Source: Leucoraja erinacea (lineage: Eukaryota). From it: a DNA stretch of 64,000 nucleotides. The DNA lies in contig NC_073392.1 of NCBI RefSeq assembly GCF_028641065.1, positions 24,180,001-24,244,000 on the forward strand. The letters run 5' to 3'. This document shows, piece after piece, positions 11,660 through 25,398 of the stretch. Numbering within the stretch: the first letter of the stretch is position 1; each line of letters begins with the position of its first letter. The notes below the pieces were generated by a model, which was not told where the DNA came from, made no database searches, and was given only the letters and a program-made list of their open reading frames with translations. The position numbers and the translations under genes are program-made.

Positions 11660-14600
11660 ATGGCCTGGACGTGGTGTGACCCAGGGCGGCTGCCCGCACC
11701 CTACCCCATCTATGCCGCTCTCTGTTTGCTGTCGCTCACCTCCGTGGGCCAGGGCATTTTCCGCAAACCGGTCATGCCCCCGCTGGTGGAAGGGCAGCCC
11801 TTCCAGGTCTACTGGAACGTGCCCGCGGCGCGCTGCAGCTCCCACAGACGAATCAACCTGTACTTGGAACAATTTGGTATTGTAACCAACGAAAATGAGA
11901 GGTTTGTTGGAAAGCAAATCACGGTATTTTATGCTACGCGGTTCGGGCATTATCCTTATTATTACGACGAGGTTCCCGTAAATGGGGGGCTCCCCCAGAA
12001 CATGAGCCTGAGGGAACACCTGCGTCAGGCCAGGGCAGACATCCACAACTTCCTATCCAAGGACTACGCGGGGCTGGCGGTGATAGAATGGGTGTCGTGG
12101 CGCCCCCTGTACGCAAGGAACACGGGCTACAGGGAAGTCTACCAGACAAAATCAATGGAGCTTGTCCGGGGGAGGAACCCCCGATGGAATCAAAGCCAGG
12201 TCGAAGCTGAAGCTAAGAGGGATTTTGACCAGGCGGCTAGAATCTACATGAGCTCTTCCCTGAGGCTGGGCCAGTCGATGCGACCGAAGGCCCACTGGGG
12301 ATTCGCACTCTTCCCGGATTGCTACAACGGCAACTACGGGGAAGAGTTCCCCACGTACGACGGCCACTGCCCAGATATCGAGATCAAGCGCAACAATGAG
12401 CTGACGTGGATGTGGACTCGGAGCTCTGCCCTCTACCCGACCGTCTACCTGGAGGAGGCACTCCATTCGGAGCGCGGCAAACTTTACGCCAGATACCGGG
12501 TAAAGGAAGCCATGCGTGTGGCTTTGCTGACCAAAGAGGAATACGCTCCGCCCGTTTACATCTACTGCCGCTCCCACTACATGAACAGCAGAACCCTCAC
12601 GCCCCTCAAGGAGGTGAGTAGAGGCCGTGCACCTGGCCAGCGTTCCCTTGCAACTCCATAGCCGCCCCCCCCCCCCCCCCCCCCCCCCCCCCCGTCCGCT
12701 CTGATGGTCATTGAGCGGAAACGTTGATTACCCCCCCCCCCCCCCCTCACAGTTGTAGAGAGTAATGTCGTCCTCCGTCCCTCCCTCCCTCCCTCCCTCC
12801 CTCCCTTTCCCCCCCTCTCCCTCCTTCTCCCCACTCTCCCTCCCTCTCAATCTCCTCCTCTCCCTACCTCCCTCTCCCTCTCCCCACTCTCCCTCCCTCC
12901 CCCTCTCCCCATCTCCCTCTCCCCTCTCTCCCTCCCTCTCCCCCTCTCCATCTCCCCATCTCTCCCTCTCTCTCTTTCTCTCTCTCGTCGAGTCGGCCTC
13001 GTGTGGAGCAGCGCTCGAATCGTCGCGGTGTGGAAACCAGCAGGGCACTTGCGGGGACTAGGAATTCATAGAAACATAGAAACATAGAAACATAGAAATT
13101 AGGTGCAGGAGTAGGCCATTCGGCCCTTCGAGCCTGCACCGCCATTCAATATGATCATGGCTGATCATCCCAACTCAGTATCCCGTACCTGCCTTCTCTC
13201 CATACCCCCTGATCCCCTTAGCCACAAGGGCCACATCTAACTCCCTCTTAAATATAGCCAATGAACTGGCCTCAACTACCCTCTGTGGCAGAGAGTTCCA
13301 GAGATTCACCACTCTCTGTGTGAAAAAGTTCTTCTCATCTCGGTTTTAAAGGATTTCCCCTTTATCCTTAAGCTGTGACCCCTTGTCCTGGACTTCCCTA
13401 ACATCGGGAACAATCTTCCTGCATCTAGCCTGTCCAACCCCTTAAGAATTTTGTAAGTTTCTATAAGATCCCCTCTCAATCTTCTAAATTCTAGAGAGTA
13501 TAAACCAAGTCTATCCAGTCTTTCTTCATAAGACAGTCCTGACATCCCAGGAATCAGTCTGGTGAACCGTCTCTGCACTCCCTCTATGGCAATAATGTCC
13601 TTCCTCAGATTTGGAGACCAAAACTGTACGCAATACTCCAGGTGTGGTCTCACCAAGACCCTGTACAACTGCAGTAGAACCTCTCTGCTCCTATACTCAA
13701 ATCCTTTTGCAATGAAAGCTAACATACCATTCGCTTTCTTTGCTGCCTGCTGCACCTGCATGCCTACCTTCAATGACTGGTGTACCATGACACCCAGGTC
13801 TCGCTGCATCTCCCCCTTTCCCAATCGGCCACCATTTAGATAATAGTCTGCTTTCCTGTTTTTGCCACCAAAATGGATAACCTCACATTTATCCACATTA
13901 TACTGCATCTGCCAAACATTTGCCCACTCACCCAGCCTATCCAAGTCACCCTGCAGTCTCCTAGCATCCTCCTCACAGCTAACACTGCCCCCCAGCTTAG
14001 TGTCATCCGCAAACTTGGAGATATTGCCTTCAATTCCCTCATCCAGATCATTAATATATATTGTAAATAGCTGGGGTCCCAGTACTGAGCCTTGGGGTAC
14101 CCCACTAGTCACTGCCTGCCATTGTGAAAAGGACCCGTTTACTCCTACTCTTTGCTTCCTGTTTGCCAGCCAGTTCTCTATCCACATCAATACTGAACCC
14201 CCAATGCCTTGTGCTTTAATATTTAATATATAATAATACGGGTCAGCATGGCCGTGATGGGCCGAATGGCATGTTTCCGTGCTGTTCGTGTCTCTAACTG
14301 CGTGGGTCAACATCTGTATCACAGTCCCCACTGCCCACTGAGTCCACATCTGGCTACCTCAGAGAGCAGGACCGTGATGGGCCGAATGGCGTCAGGTCCC
14401 GCTCCGGTAGCTGCTGACCCCCCCCCCCCCCCCCCCCGGGGTAAGCGGAGCCGATGGGGCGGGGAGATCCGACCCGCAGCCGCCACCTGCTCCAACTTGC
14501 AGTTCGTTTGCAGATTGATCTGGTCCGCACTCTGGGCGAGAGCGCAGCGATGGGGGCGAGCGGAGCCATTCTGTGGGGGTCCGTCGACTTCTCCAGAACC

Positions 14601-14783
14601 ACGGTAAGCGCTCACTCACTGCCCCTCCCACAGCGCGGCGCTCCCTCACTGCCCCTCCCACCGCGCGGCGCTCCCTCAGCCCCTCCCACAGCGCGGCGCT
14701 CATTGTCACCGCCCCTCCCACTCGACGTCTCGACGTCGGGACAGGGGGTGGGGGGGCTGTGGGCCTGGGCTCGGGAGGGGTGT

Positions 14784-14817
<34 letters not shown>

Positions 14818-15292
14818 AGGGCGGCGGGGGAGTGGGATGCCGAGGTTTCGCGGATGGTGCGGCGGATAACTGTCCTGCTGCGCTCGTTGTTGGCAGGCAA
14901 GCTGCCTGTCCGTGCAGAAACAAGTGCAGAATGTGTTGGGGCCGTACATCCTGAACCTGACGGCGGCCGTGCGGACCTGCAGCTTAACACTGTGCGCCAA
15001 CCACGGCCGCTGCTTTCGCCGCAACGCCGAGGAGGATGTGTTCCTGCACTTGAACAGCAAGTCGTTCCGCATCCTGAAGCGCAGCAAGGCGGGCGGCGGC
15101 AAGGTTTCCATCAAGGGCCGGGCGAGTCTGTTGGACAAGAGGGATTACAAATCCCACTTCCAGTGTCAGTGTTACCGGGGCTGGAACGGCGTCCGATGCA
15201 GCCGCTACAGAAACCCCTCCGCGTCCTGTCGAGCCGAGACCTCCCCGCTCACACTTGTCCTCGTCCTGCTCCTGAGCCTTCTCCTCATATGA
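11660..15292 (+). CDS. Hyaluronidase-like paralog C, intact ORF but predicted non-catalytic; exons 11660-12613, 14514-14603, 14897-15292 (479 aa)
   Basis: Same exon structure and Cys pattern as A; catalytic DWE replaced by EWV (12086-12094), WGFY->WGFA, RNW->RNT; GT-AG sites intact; CR1 inserted in intron 1. Confidence 0.85.
13070..14238 (-). mobile_element. CR1-type LINE 3' fragment in intron 1 of copy C
   Basis: [31 protein letters not shown]; (catagaaa)n tail; interrupts ttcata|cgggtcagc, which is contiguous in copies A, B and D. Confidence 0.9.
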
Positions 15293-17513
15293 AGGCTGTA
15301 GTTCCTGTCGAAAATAAAGACAATTTCCTGAAACTCACCCTGTTGACTGTTGTTCACGCGTGTTTGGTCTTGTGGCACAGAGGCTCACTCACAGCACAGA
15401 TCTGGCCTTTCGGCCCACCATCTCCACCTGTCACACTTGTCAACACTGATCCCACCCACCCGCACTGTGACTTCTCTGCCTTCACCACTCACGAACGCGC
15501 AGAGGCTCCTGAAATGTAGGTGTTGCGGGGCAAGTGGATTAGGGTGGGATTGTTACGGGGCTGTGGGAGAGAGCGGGCAGTGGGATTAGTGTTGGATTGT
15601 TACGGGGCTGTGGGAGAGAGCGGGCAGTGGGATTAGTGTTGGATTGCTACAGTGCTGTGGATAGAGACGACACGAATTGAGGGTCTCTCAAGGTGCTGCT
15701 GTGCCGTACGTTCCGACAATATTGGCACAAAGCGCCCAGTGAAGAGCCGGGATGACCGAGGTGATGAGGGGGTTTCAGGGTGCTGCAAGACGTGGGAGGG
15801 TGGGACTTCCTGACACTCGGGATCAACGATGCCGACACTTCACCAAAACTACCCAGCGTCTACAGGTGTACGGTAGGGAGCACACTGACTGGTTGCATCA
15901 CAGCCTGGCTCAGTAACTCGAACGCCCAGGAATGAAGGATACTACAGAGAGTGGTGGACGCTGCCCGGTCCATCACTGGTACTGACTTCCCCACCATCGA
16001 AGGGATCTACAGGAGACGCTACCCCCTCTACAGGAACTGTACATTGGAAGTCGCAACTCTAGAGCCAATAAAATCATGGGAGACCCCGTTCCACCCCTGC
16101 AACGGACTGTTCCAGCTGCCACGGTCAGGCAAACGCCTCCGTGCCCATGCTGTGACAACGATGAGGTTGAGAAGGAGTTTCTTCCCAGAAGCCATTAGGA
16201 CTGTAAACTCCTACCTCACCAGGGACTAACTTTACTGTACCACTCTACTGCTTTTTTTTTTAATTGCTGTTTTTTTTCCCTTTTTCCTTCCTCCCACAAT
16301 ATGTAATATGTAAAAGAATATGTGATTCTGTTCCATTCTGTTTGTTGTTTGTTTGTTTTTTTGCACAATACGTGAGCATTGCCACTTTTCATTTCCCTGC
16401 ACATCTCGTATGTGTATGTGGCGAATAAACGTGACTTGCCTCAAAAAGGCAGCCAGCGTCATCACAGACCCACACCGCGCTGTCCACACTCAACTAATCG
16501 GATAGAAGGTACAGGAGCCTGAAAACCGTGACCTCCAGGTTCATGAACAGCTTCTTCCCAGCAACCATCAGGCTCTTTGAAACAGAAACATAGAAATAGG
16601 TGCAGGAGTAGGCCGTTCGGCCCTTCGACCCTGCACCGCCATTCAATATGATCATGGCTGATCATCCAACTCAGTATCGTGTACCTGCCTTCTCTCCATA
16701 CCCCCTGATCCCTTTAGCCACAAGGGCCACATCAAACTCCCTCTTAAATATAGGCCAATGAACTGGCCTCAACTACCTTCTGTGGCAGAGAATTCCACAG
16801 ATTCACCATTCTCTGTGTAAAAAATGATTTTCTCATCTCAGTCCTAAAAGACTTCCCCCTTATTCTTAAACATCACACGCCGCAGCACTCGTGAGCAAAG
16901 ATCCTAGAGGAGCAAGATAGACCACTCCTCGAAAAACGCGTAGTATGACGTGTGTGATCGTCGACGCCATTTTTCGAGGCATTTATTGGGCTTCCCCCAC
17001 ACTGTCATGGCGTCCTTATCTAAATTTCATCTCACTGCTCTGCTATCAAGTATTCTAATCGTAAATCTAAACGACCCGACCTGTCATTCTTTAGGTTCCC
17101 CAATAAAAAAGAAAGGTGAGAAAATATTTTTATTATTTTCAGTCGATATTCTGTCGTGAAAATGTTATTTTCTGTTCTCCCATCAACGGCCATTGGGAAA
17201 CTTGGTTTGTCGGTACATTAGAAAGTTATTAGACTTATTTTTAATAGTTCTTTACTCACCACAATAATAAAGACAATTTTAACACTTCTGTACGTTTTTG
17301 GTTTTGTTTTGTAAGGGATTAGTCTCCACAATATGGCCCGCGGACACATCAGGTCCAGTGACCAGGAGATTTTTCGAGCTCAGATTCAAGTCCGAGCATG
17401 GGCGGCTGTTACCCATTATATTCCTCGAACATAGGGACGTAGCAAACAACACTCACATACGTACAAGACATCACAAGCAAAGATCACAAGCCCGCCGTGA
17501 AGAAGGGTGCAAT

Positions 17514-17625
17514 CAAATATTATATAACTCTGCTCTATCACCTTTGGGTGCAATGGTGGGTCGGGGGGTTCGGTGGCGGCGGCCGCAATCAAAGATACTA
17601 GTGGAGCTCTGCTCTATAATCTTTG
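17514..17625. mobile_element. Two older TIR-TIR scars (17514-17546, 17590-17625)
   Basis: First is flanked by perfect ggtgcaat repeats; second (caaagatactagtggagctctgctctataatctttg) by gccgcaat/gtcggaat. Confidence 0.65.
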
Positions 17626-18299
17626 GTCGGAATGGGACGGCTGCGCGTTATAATGTGCTATCGTTCCACTCTCCCTCTCCCCCTTCTCCCTCTCCCCCTT
17701 GTCCCTGTCCCCTTCTCCCTCCCCCCTTCTCCCTGTCCCCTCCTTTCCCCTTCTCCCTCCCCCTTCTCCCTCTCCCCCCTTCTCCCTCTCTTCTCTCGAT
17801 CTCTCTCTCCCCTCCTCTCGCTCTCTCGCTCCCCTCTCTTCTCTCGATCTCTCTCTCTCTCTCTCTCTCTCTCCCCCTCTCTTCGCGATCTCCCTCCCTT
17901 CCCTCTCTCCCTCCCTTCCATCTCTCCCTCCCTTACCTCTTCGTGAGAGTTGGCAGCTCTGCTATGCCTTGGGTCCAAAAGAGGATAGATAGAAAATACT
18001 TAATGGTCTTTGTAAGAAGATTTTAATAAGCTCTTCTACATTTAAGGTAAATTGACATATTAGAGCCAAAACGCATTTTCAATATACAGGTCTCTCCACA
18101 CAACTGAAAACAATTGCATTTAAGTGATATATCATCCATTGTTCAGGCAAGTAGCACTAGGTTACAATAAACTTCTTACATATTCCAGGAATTCATCTCA
18201 TAAAAATGGGAGAGGCTTAAATGCATTGTAAAATTATAAATCCATGTTGACTTGGACTAATCCTTTTACTGCTATCCAATGCCCCATTATTACATCTTT

Positions 18300-19629
18300 A
18301 ATAATTGACTCCAGCATCTTTCACACCACCAAAGTCAGGCTAACTGGTCTGTAATTCCCCGTTTTCTCTCTCGCTCCTTTCTTGAAAAGTGGGATAGCAT
18401 TAGCTATCCTCCAATCCACAGGAACTGGTCGTAAATCTATTGATCGTTGGAAAATAATAGAAACATAGAAACATAGAAATTAGGTGCAGGAGTAGGCCAT
18501 TCGGCCCTTCGAGCCTGCAACGCCATTCAATATGATCATGGCTGATCATCCAACTCAGTATCCCGTACCTGCCTTCTCTCCATACCCTCTGATCCCCTTA
18601 GCCACAAGGGCCACATCTAACTCCCTCTTAAATATAGCCAATGAACTGGCCTCGACTACCCTCTGCGGCAGAGAGTTCCAGAGATTCACCACTCTCTATG
18701 TGAAAAAGGTTCTTCTCATCTCGGTTTTAAAGGATTTCCCCTTTATCCTTAAGCTGTGACCCCTTGTCCTGGACTTCCCTAACATCGGGAACAATCTTCC
18801 TGCATCTAGCCTGTCCAACCCCTTAAGAATTTTGTAAGTTTCTATAAGATACCCTCCCAATCTCCTAAATTCTAGAGAGTATAAACCAAATATATCCAGC
18901 CTTTCTTCATATGAAAGTCCTGACATCCCAGGAATCAGTGGTGAACCTTCTCTGCACTCCCTCTATGGCAATAATGTCCTTCCTCAGATTTGGAGACCAA
19001 AACTGTACGCAATACTCCAGGTGTGGTCTCACCAAGACCCTGTACAACTGCAGTAGAACCTCCCTGCTCCTATACTCAAATCCTTTCGCTATGAAAGCTA
19101 ACATACCATTCGCTTTCTTCACTGCCTGCTGCACCTGCATGCCTACTTTCAATGCCTGGTGTACCATGACACCCAGGTCTCGCTGCATCTCCCCTTTTCC
19201 TAGTCGGCCGCCATTTAGATAATAGTCTGCTTTCCTGTTTTTGCCACCAAAATGGATAACCTCACATTTATCCACATTATACTGCATCTGCCAAACATTA
19301 GCCCACTCACCCAGCCTATCCAAGTCACCTTGCAGTCTCCTAGCATCCTCCTCACAGCTAACACTGCCCCCCAGCTTAGTGTCATCCGCAAACTTGGAGA
19401 TATTGCCTTCAATTCCCTCATCCAGATCATTAATATATATTGTAAATAGCTTGGGTCCCAGTACTGAGCCTTGCGGTACCCCACTAGTCACTGCCTGCCT
19501 AATGAAGAACTCAACCATATTATGGTCACTCTTGCCCAAGGGGGCACGTACAACAAGATTGCTAACTAACCCGTCCTCATTACTCAATACCCAGTCTAAA
19601 ATAGCCTGCTCTCTCGTTGGTTCCTCTAC
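18300..19629 (-). mobile_element. CR1 LINE fragments nested in the DNA transposon
   Basis: Near-identical to 13070-14200; internal junction from endonuclease (SDHN) to RT near 19498. Confidence 0.85.
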
Positions 19630-19930
19630 NNNNNNNNNNNNNNNNNNNNNNNNNNNNNNNNNNNNNNNNNNNNNNNNNNNNNNNNNNNNNNNNNNNNNNN
19701 NNNNNNNNNNNNNNNNNNNNNNNNNNNNNNNNNNNNNNNNNNNNNNNNNNNNNNNNNNAAATGTATCCATATGNNNNNNNNNNNNNNNNNNNNNNNNNNN
19801 NNNNNNNNNNNNNNNNNNNNNNNNNNNNNNNNNNNNNNNNNNNNNNNNNNNNNNNNNNNNNNNNNNNNNNNNNNNNNNNNNNNNNNNNNNNNNNNNNNNN
19901 NNNNNNNNNNNNNNNNNNNNNNNNNNNNNN
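19630..19930. other. Assembly gaps (19630-19758 and 19774-19930)
   Basis: N runs around a 15-nt island. Confidence 0.99.
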
Positions 19931-20197
19931 CCTTTATGGTTTATGTATATCATCTTACAAGACAAATAAATTAATAGTGATTATTTAAATCAAAGTTGCT
20001 TCTGATCCATGAGAATAAACTTAACTATCTGTAACTTGCCTCTCACACACAGACACACATTCATATAAATATATATAATATGTATACGTTAAATTTAATT
20101 TTGTGCAGTGTGTGTTAAAGCAATACAATGCAAGGGAAACTACGCAAAGGAGGGGGCTGTTCCCGCTACAAGATACTCGAGGATCTTTGCTTTGGAT

Positions 20198-20228
20198 CAA
20201 AGATTATAGCGGAGCTCTATAATCTTTG
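20198..20228. mobile_element. 31-bp TIR-TIR transposon scar
   Basis: caaagattatagcggag+ctctataatctttg between perfect ctttggat repeats. Confidence 0.8.
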
Positions 20229-20979
20229 CTTTGGATCACAGCGGGTGGCATACCGGAAGTCGCATGTCGCACTAAAAAATGGCGGCCGTGACGTTCCGTC
20301 ACGTACTACACGCCAGCCCATTGAATTTCGAAGGAGTGGTCTATCTTGTTCCTCTAGGATCTTTGCTCGTGAGTAAGATAAGGCAGCGCCTTTATCACCT
20401 CAGGCAATTGAGGAAATTCAGAGTGTCTCCGAGGATCCTCCAGTGCTTCTACTCAGGGGCTGTGGAAAGCATCTTGTCCGGAAATATTACCATCTGGTTT
20501 GGGAACTGCTCTGCCCAGGACAAGAAGGCTCTGCAGAGAGTAGTGCGTTCGGCCGAATGCACTATGGGGACTTCACTCGCCCCCCTGCAGGAACTATACA
20601 TCAGGGGGTGCAGCTACAGAGCCAATAAAATCATGGGAGACCCCTTCCACCCCTGCAACGGACTGTTCCAGCTGATAGGTCAGGCAAACGCCTCCGTTGC
20701 CATGCTGTGAGAACGGAGAGGTTGAGAAGGAGTTTCTTCCCAGAGGCCATTCGGACTGTAAACTCCTATCTCACCAGGGACTAACTTTACTGAACGTTTT
20801 TCCTTCCGCCCACAATATTTAATATGTAAAAGAATATGTGATTCTGTTCCATTCTGTTTGTAGTTTGTTTGGTTGTTTGTTTGTTTGTCTTTTTGCACAA
20901 AGTCCGCGAGCATTGCCAATTTTCATTTCACTGCACATCTCGTATGTGTATGTGGCAAATAAACGTGACGACTTGACTT

Positions 20980-21785
20980 GACTCCAGTCCTTTTGTAATT
21001 TTATATGTTTCTATAAGATATCCCTTCATCCTTCTAAATTCCAGTGAATACAAGCCTAGTCTTTTCAATCTTTCCCCATATGACAGTTCCGCCATCCCAG
21101 GGATCAATCTCGTGAACCTACGCTGCACTGCCTCATCACAAGGATGTCCTTCCTCAAATTAGGAGACCAAAACTGTACACAATACTCCAGATGTGGTCCT
21201 ACCAGAGCCCTATACAACTGCAGAAGAACCTCTCTACCCCTATACTGAAATCGTCTTGCTATGAAGGCCAACATTCCATTAGCTTTCTTCACTGCCTGCT
21301 GTACCTGCACGCCAACTTACAGTGATTGGTGTACAAGGACACCCACGTCTCGCTGTACCTCCCCTTACCTAACCCTAACCCCATTGAGATAATAATCTGC
21401 CCCCTTGTTTTTGCCACCAAAGTGGATAACCTCACATTGATCTAAATTATACTGCATCTGCCACGCATCTGCCCACTCATTCAACCTATCCAGGTCATCC
21501 TGCAACCTCCTAACATCCTCTTCACAGTTCACACTGCCACCCAGCTTTGTGTCATCCGCAAACTTGCTAGTGTTGCTCCTAATTCCCTCTTCCAAATCAT
21601 TAATATATATGGTCAACAGTTGGGGCCCCAACACCGAGCCTTCCGGCACTCCACTCGCCACTGTCTGCCATTCTGAAAAGGACCCGTTCACTCCTACGCT
21701 TTGCTTCCTGTCTGCCAACCAATGTTCTATCCACGTCAACACCCAACCCCCAATACCATGTGCTCTACTTTTAGTCACCAGTCTA
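20980..21785 (-). mobile_element. CR1 LINE RT fragment
   Basis: [32 protein letters not shown]. Confidence 0.8.
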
Positions 21786-21844
21786 TGCTGGCCAAAGAGC
21801 AATATACTCCGGCCATCTTCCTCTAATGCCGCTCCCACTACATC
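21786..21844 (+). pseudogene. Short relic of a hyaluronidase exon-1 3' end
   Basis: tgctggccaaagagcaatatactccggccatcttcctctaatgccgctcccactacatc aligns by eye to LLTKGEYTPPIFLYCRSHFI of copies A/D, with an in-frame TAA. Confidence 0.65.
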
Positions 21845-23261
21845 TCCCGCAACAGGCTCCCCACCCACTCGGGACCGGGCCCCACACCCTGCACCCCACA
21901 CACACAGGGCACTGCATATCCCTGCATATAAAAGCCCCTTAAACACCACTATCTACCCCCATCACGATTCCGGCACCACGTTCACAGACACATGGCACAC
22001 ACACACACACACACACTCATAAACGCCCACACGCACACTCACGAACACACTCACACGCACACACAGAATCAGTCTCGCAGGGTTCAGCTTTGCTACAAGA
22101 TGTTCCTGACCTGGATACCACAATCAGTGAAGATAGGAGACAGCACCCGCTCCACAATAATTCAATGCAGGTACCTCGCTAGAGTTAGTTCTCAGCCCCC
22201 TCCTACTATACTCCCCTGTTCACTCACGACAGTGCGGCCAAATTCAGCTCTAACTCCATCTACAAGTTTGCAGCCGACACCACTGTGGTGGGTAGACACA
22301 AAATGTTGGAGTAACTCAGCGGGTGAGGCAGCATCTATGGAGAGAAGGAATTGGCGACGTTTCGGGTCGAGACCCTTCTTCACCTGATCATGAACAAAGA
22401 TGAGACGGACTTCAAGAAGGAGACGGAGAACTTAGTGACACGGTGTCAGGACATCAACCTCTCCCTTGATGTCAGCGAGAGAAAGGAGCTAGTTATTGAC
22501 CATGGGGAACTTGTCCCCGTCAGCACCAATGGTGACGTAGTGGAGATGGTCGAGAGCTTCCAGTTCCCAGGTGTAAACATCACCAACAATCTGCCCAGGA
22601 CCAATCACATTGAGGCTACGGCCACGAAAGCACATCAACGCCTCTACTGCCTCAGGAGACCAAGGAGGTTCGGCACGTCTCCAACGTCCCTTCCCAAAGT
22701 CAACAGGTGCATCGTATCGGGATGCATCACAGCTCGGTTTGGGAACAGCTCTGCCCAAGACCACAAGAAAGCGCTGAGAGTTATGGATGTAGCCCAGTCC
22801 GTCACACAGACCAGACACCCCACCACCGACTCCATCTACGCTTCACGCTGCCTCGGGAAAGCAGCCAACACCATCAAGATCCATTCACACCCCGGCCATT
22901 CCCTCTTCTCCCATTTGGTAGAAGATGCAGAAGCTTGAAAACACGCACAACCACATTCAGGAGCAGCCTCTTACCCGCTGTTATCACACACTTGAATAGG
23001 GCTCACATAAACTAACAATGTTTTTTGAATCTTCCAATCTTCCTCATTCCGCCTGTTGCACGTTATTCTTTGCACTTTGCACGTGTAACATTATTTTCTG
23101 CACCCTGGTATTTTTTTCATTCGTCTACCTGGTGTCCACGGGTATGTCATGATTGTACTCATGTCTGGTATTATTTGGCAATATCACGTATCAACATTGT
23201 TGGCTGTGGTGGACGTGACATAACTAACAAGGTGGCCAGGGCGCAGCTTGTCCAGTGACCG

Positions 23262-25398
23262 ATGGCCTGGACGTGGTGTGACCGAGGGCGGCTGCCCGCA
23301 CCCTACCCCGTCTATGCCGCCGTCTGTTTGTTGTCGCTCACCTCCGTGGGCCGGGGCCTATCCCGCAAACCGGCCATCCCGCCGCTAGTGAAAGGGCAGC
23401 CCTTCCAGGTCTACTGGAACGTGCCCACGTCGCGCTGCAGCACCCACAGAGGCGTCGACCTGCACTTGGGCGACTTTGGTATTGTAACCAATAGAAATGA
23501 GATGTTTATTGGAGAGAAACTCACGATATTTTATTCTACGCGGTTGGGAATTTATCCAACTTATCATAGTGGGGATCCCGAAAATGGGGGGCTCCCCCAG
23601 AACATGAGCTTGAAGGACCACCTGCGACAGGCCAGGGTAGACATCGACAACGTTTTAGCCACGGACTACCAGGGGTTGGCGGTGATAGACTGGGAGGATT
23701 GGCGCCCCCTGTACGCAAGGAACTGGGGCTCCAAGAGAGTCTACCAGACAAAATCACAGGAGCTTGTCCGGGGGAGGAACCCCGAATGGAACCAAACCCA
23801 TATCGAAGCTGAAGCTAAGAAGGAGTTTGACAAGGCGGCTAAAATGTACATGATGTCTTCCCTGAGGCTGGGCCAGTCGATGCGACCGAAGGCCTACTGG
23901 GGATTTTACCTCTTCCCGGATTGCTACAACTACCACTTCAGGGAAGAGTTCCCCACGTACGACGGCCACTGCCCAGACATCGAGATCAAGCGTAACAATG
24001 AGCTGACGTGGATGTGGACTCAGAGCTCTGCCCTCTTCCCGTCCGTCTACCTAGAGGAGAAGATCAAGTCGGAGCGCGGTCAGCGCGGCAAACTCTACGC
24101 CAGATACCGGATACGGGAAGCCGTGCGTGTGGCTTTGCTGACCAAAGGGAAATATACTCCGCCCATCTTCCTCTACTGCCGCTCCCACTTCATCGACAGC
24201 AAAACCCTCACGCCCCTCAATGAGGTGAGTAGAGGCCGTGCACCTGGTCATCATTCCCTTGCAATTCCATAGCCGCTGGTTCCCCCGCCCGCTCTGACGG
24301 TCACTGAGCGGAAACTTTGACTGTGTCTCCCCCACCCTCCCAACAGTTGCACCACCTACATCCAACCCGGGCATCTCGCTCTCCTTCTCTCTCCCCCTTC
24401 CTCTCTTTCCTTCTCCCCCTCTCCCTCTTCACCCCTCTCCATCCTCCGCTCCCTCCCTCCCTCCCTCTCCCTCTCTCTCTTTCTCTCCAGTCGTCTTGGT
24501 GTGGAGCAGCGCTTGAATCGTCGCGGTGTGGAAAACCGGTGCTGGGACAAGGGATTCATACGGGTCAGCATGGCCATGATAGTCCGAATGGCGTCAGGTC
24601 CCGCTCCGGCCGCTGCTGACCCCACCCCGGGGTAAGCGGGGCCTTTGGGTCGTGGAGATTCGACCCGCAGCCGCCACCTGCTCCAACTTGCGGTTCGTTT
24701 GCAGATTGATCTGGTCCGCACTCTGGGCGAGAGCGCAGCGATGGGGGTGAGTGGAGCCATTCTGTGGGGGTCCATCGACTTCTCCAGAACCACGGTAAGC
24801 GCTCCCTTACTACCCCCCCCCCCCCCTCTCCCACATTGCGACGCTCCCTCAGTACAGCGTAACTCGCCGCCGGGACCAGAGGGGGCTGTGGGCCAGGGCT
24901 CGGGAGGGGTGTGGGGTTGGGGGGGGGGGGGGGGGGGGAGACGGATGCCGAGGTTTCGCGGGTGATGCGGCGGTTAACTCTCCTGGTGCGCTCGGTGTTG
25001 CCAGGAAAACTGCCAGGCCGTGAAGGACCAGGTGCATAATGTGCTGGGGCCGTACATCCTGAACCTGACCGCGAGTGTACGGTTCTGCAGCCGGATGCTG
25101 TGCTCCAACCACGGCCGCTGCTACCGCCGCAACGCCGACGAGGATGTTTTCCTGCACTTGAACAGCAAGTCGTTCCACATCGTGAAGCGCAAACGGCGCA
25201 CGCGACAAAGTTTACATCAAGGGCCGGCCCAGTCTGTCGGACAAGAGGAATTACAAAGCCCACTTCCAGTGTCAGTGTTACCGGGGCTGGAACGGCACCC
25301 GATGCACCCGGTACAAAAAGCCCATCGACTCGTGCCGAGTCGAGACCTCCCCGCTCACACTTGTCCTCGTCCTGCTCCTGAGCCTTCTCCTCATATGA
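23262..25398 (+). CDS. Hyaluronidase paralog D (catalytic type); exons 23262-24224, 24705-24794, 25005-25398, with apparent +1 frameshift near 25202
   Basis: DWEDW motif intact, highly similar to A/B; last exon is 394 nt (cgcacgcgacaaa vs cgcaccgacaac in B), so either a pseudogene allele or an assembly indel. Confidence 0.8.

Larger units (their letters stand above)
16896..20365. mobile_element. Non-autonomous DNA transposon with about 33-bp TIRs (CAAAGATCCTAGAGG...) and 8-bp TSD, probably P superfamily
   Basis: TSD ctcgtgag at 16888-16895 and 20366-20373; left caaagatcctagaggagcaagatagaccactcc, right ggagtggtctatcttgttcctctaggatctttg; the empty site is present in the duplicate at 31270-31280. 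Confidence 0.85.

Noticed and set aside
19759-19773. 15-nt island between N runs and ORFs spanning the gaps
   Set aside because: Assembly artefact
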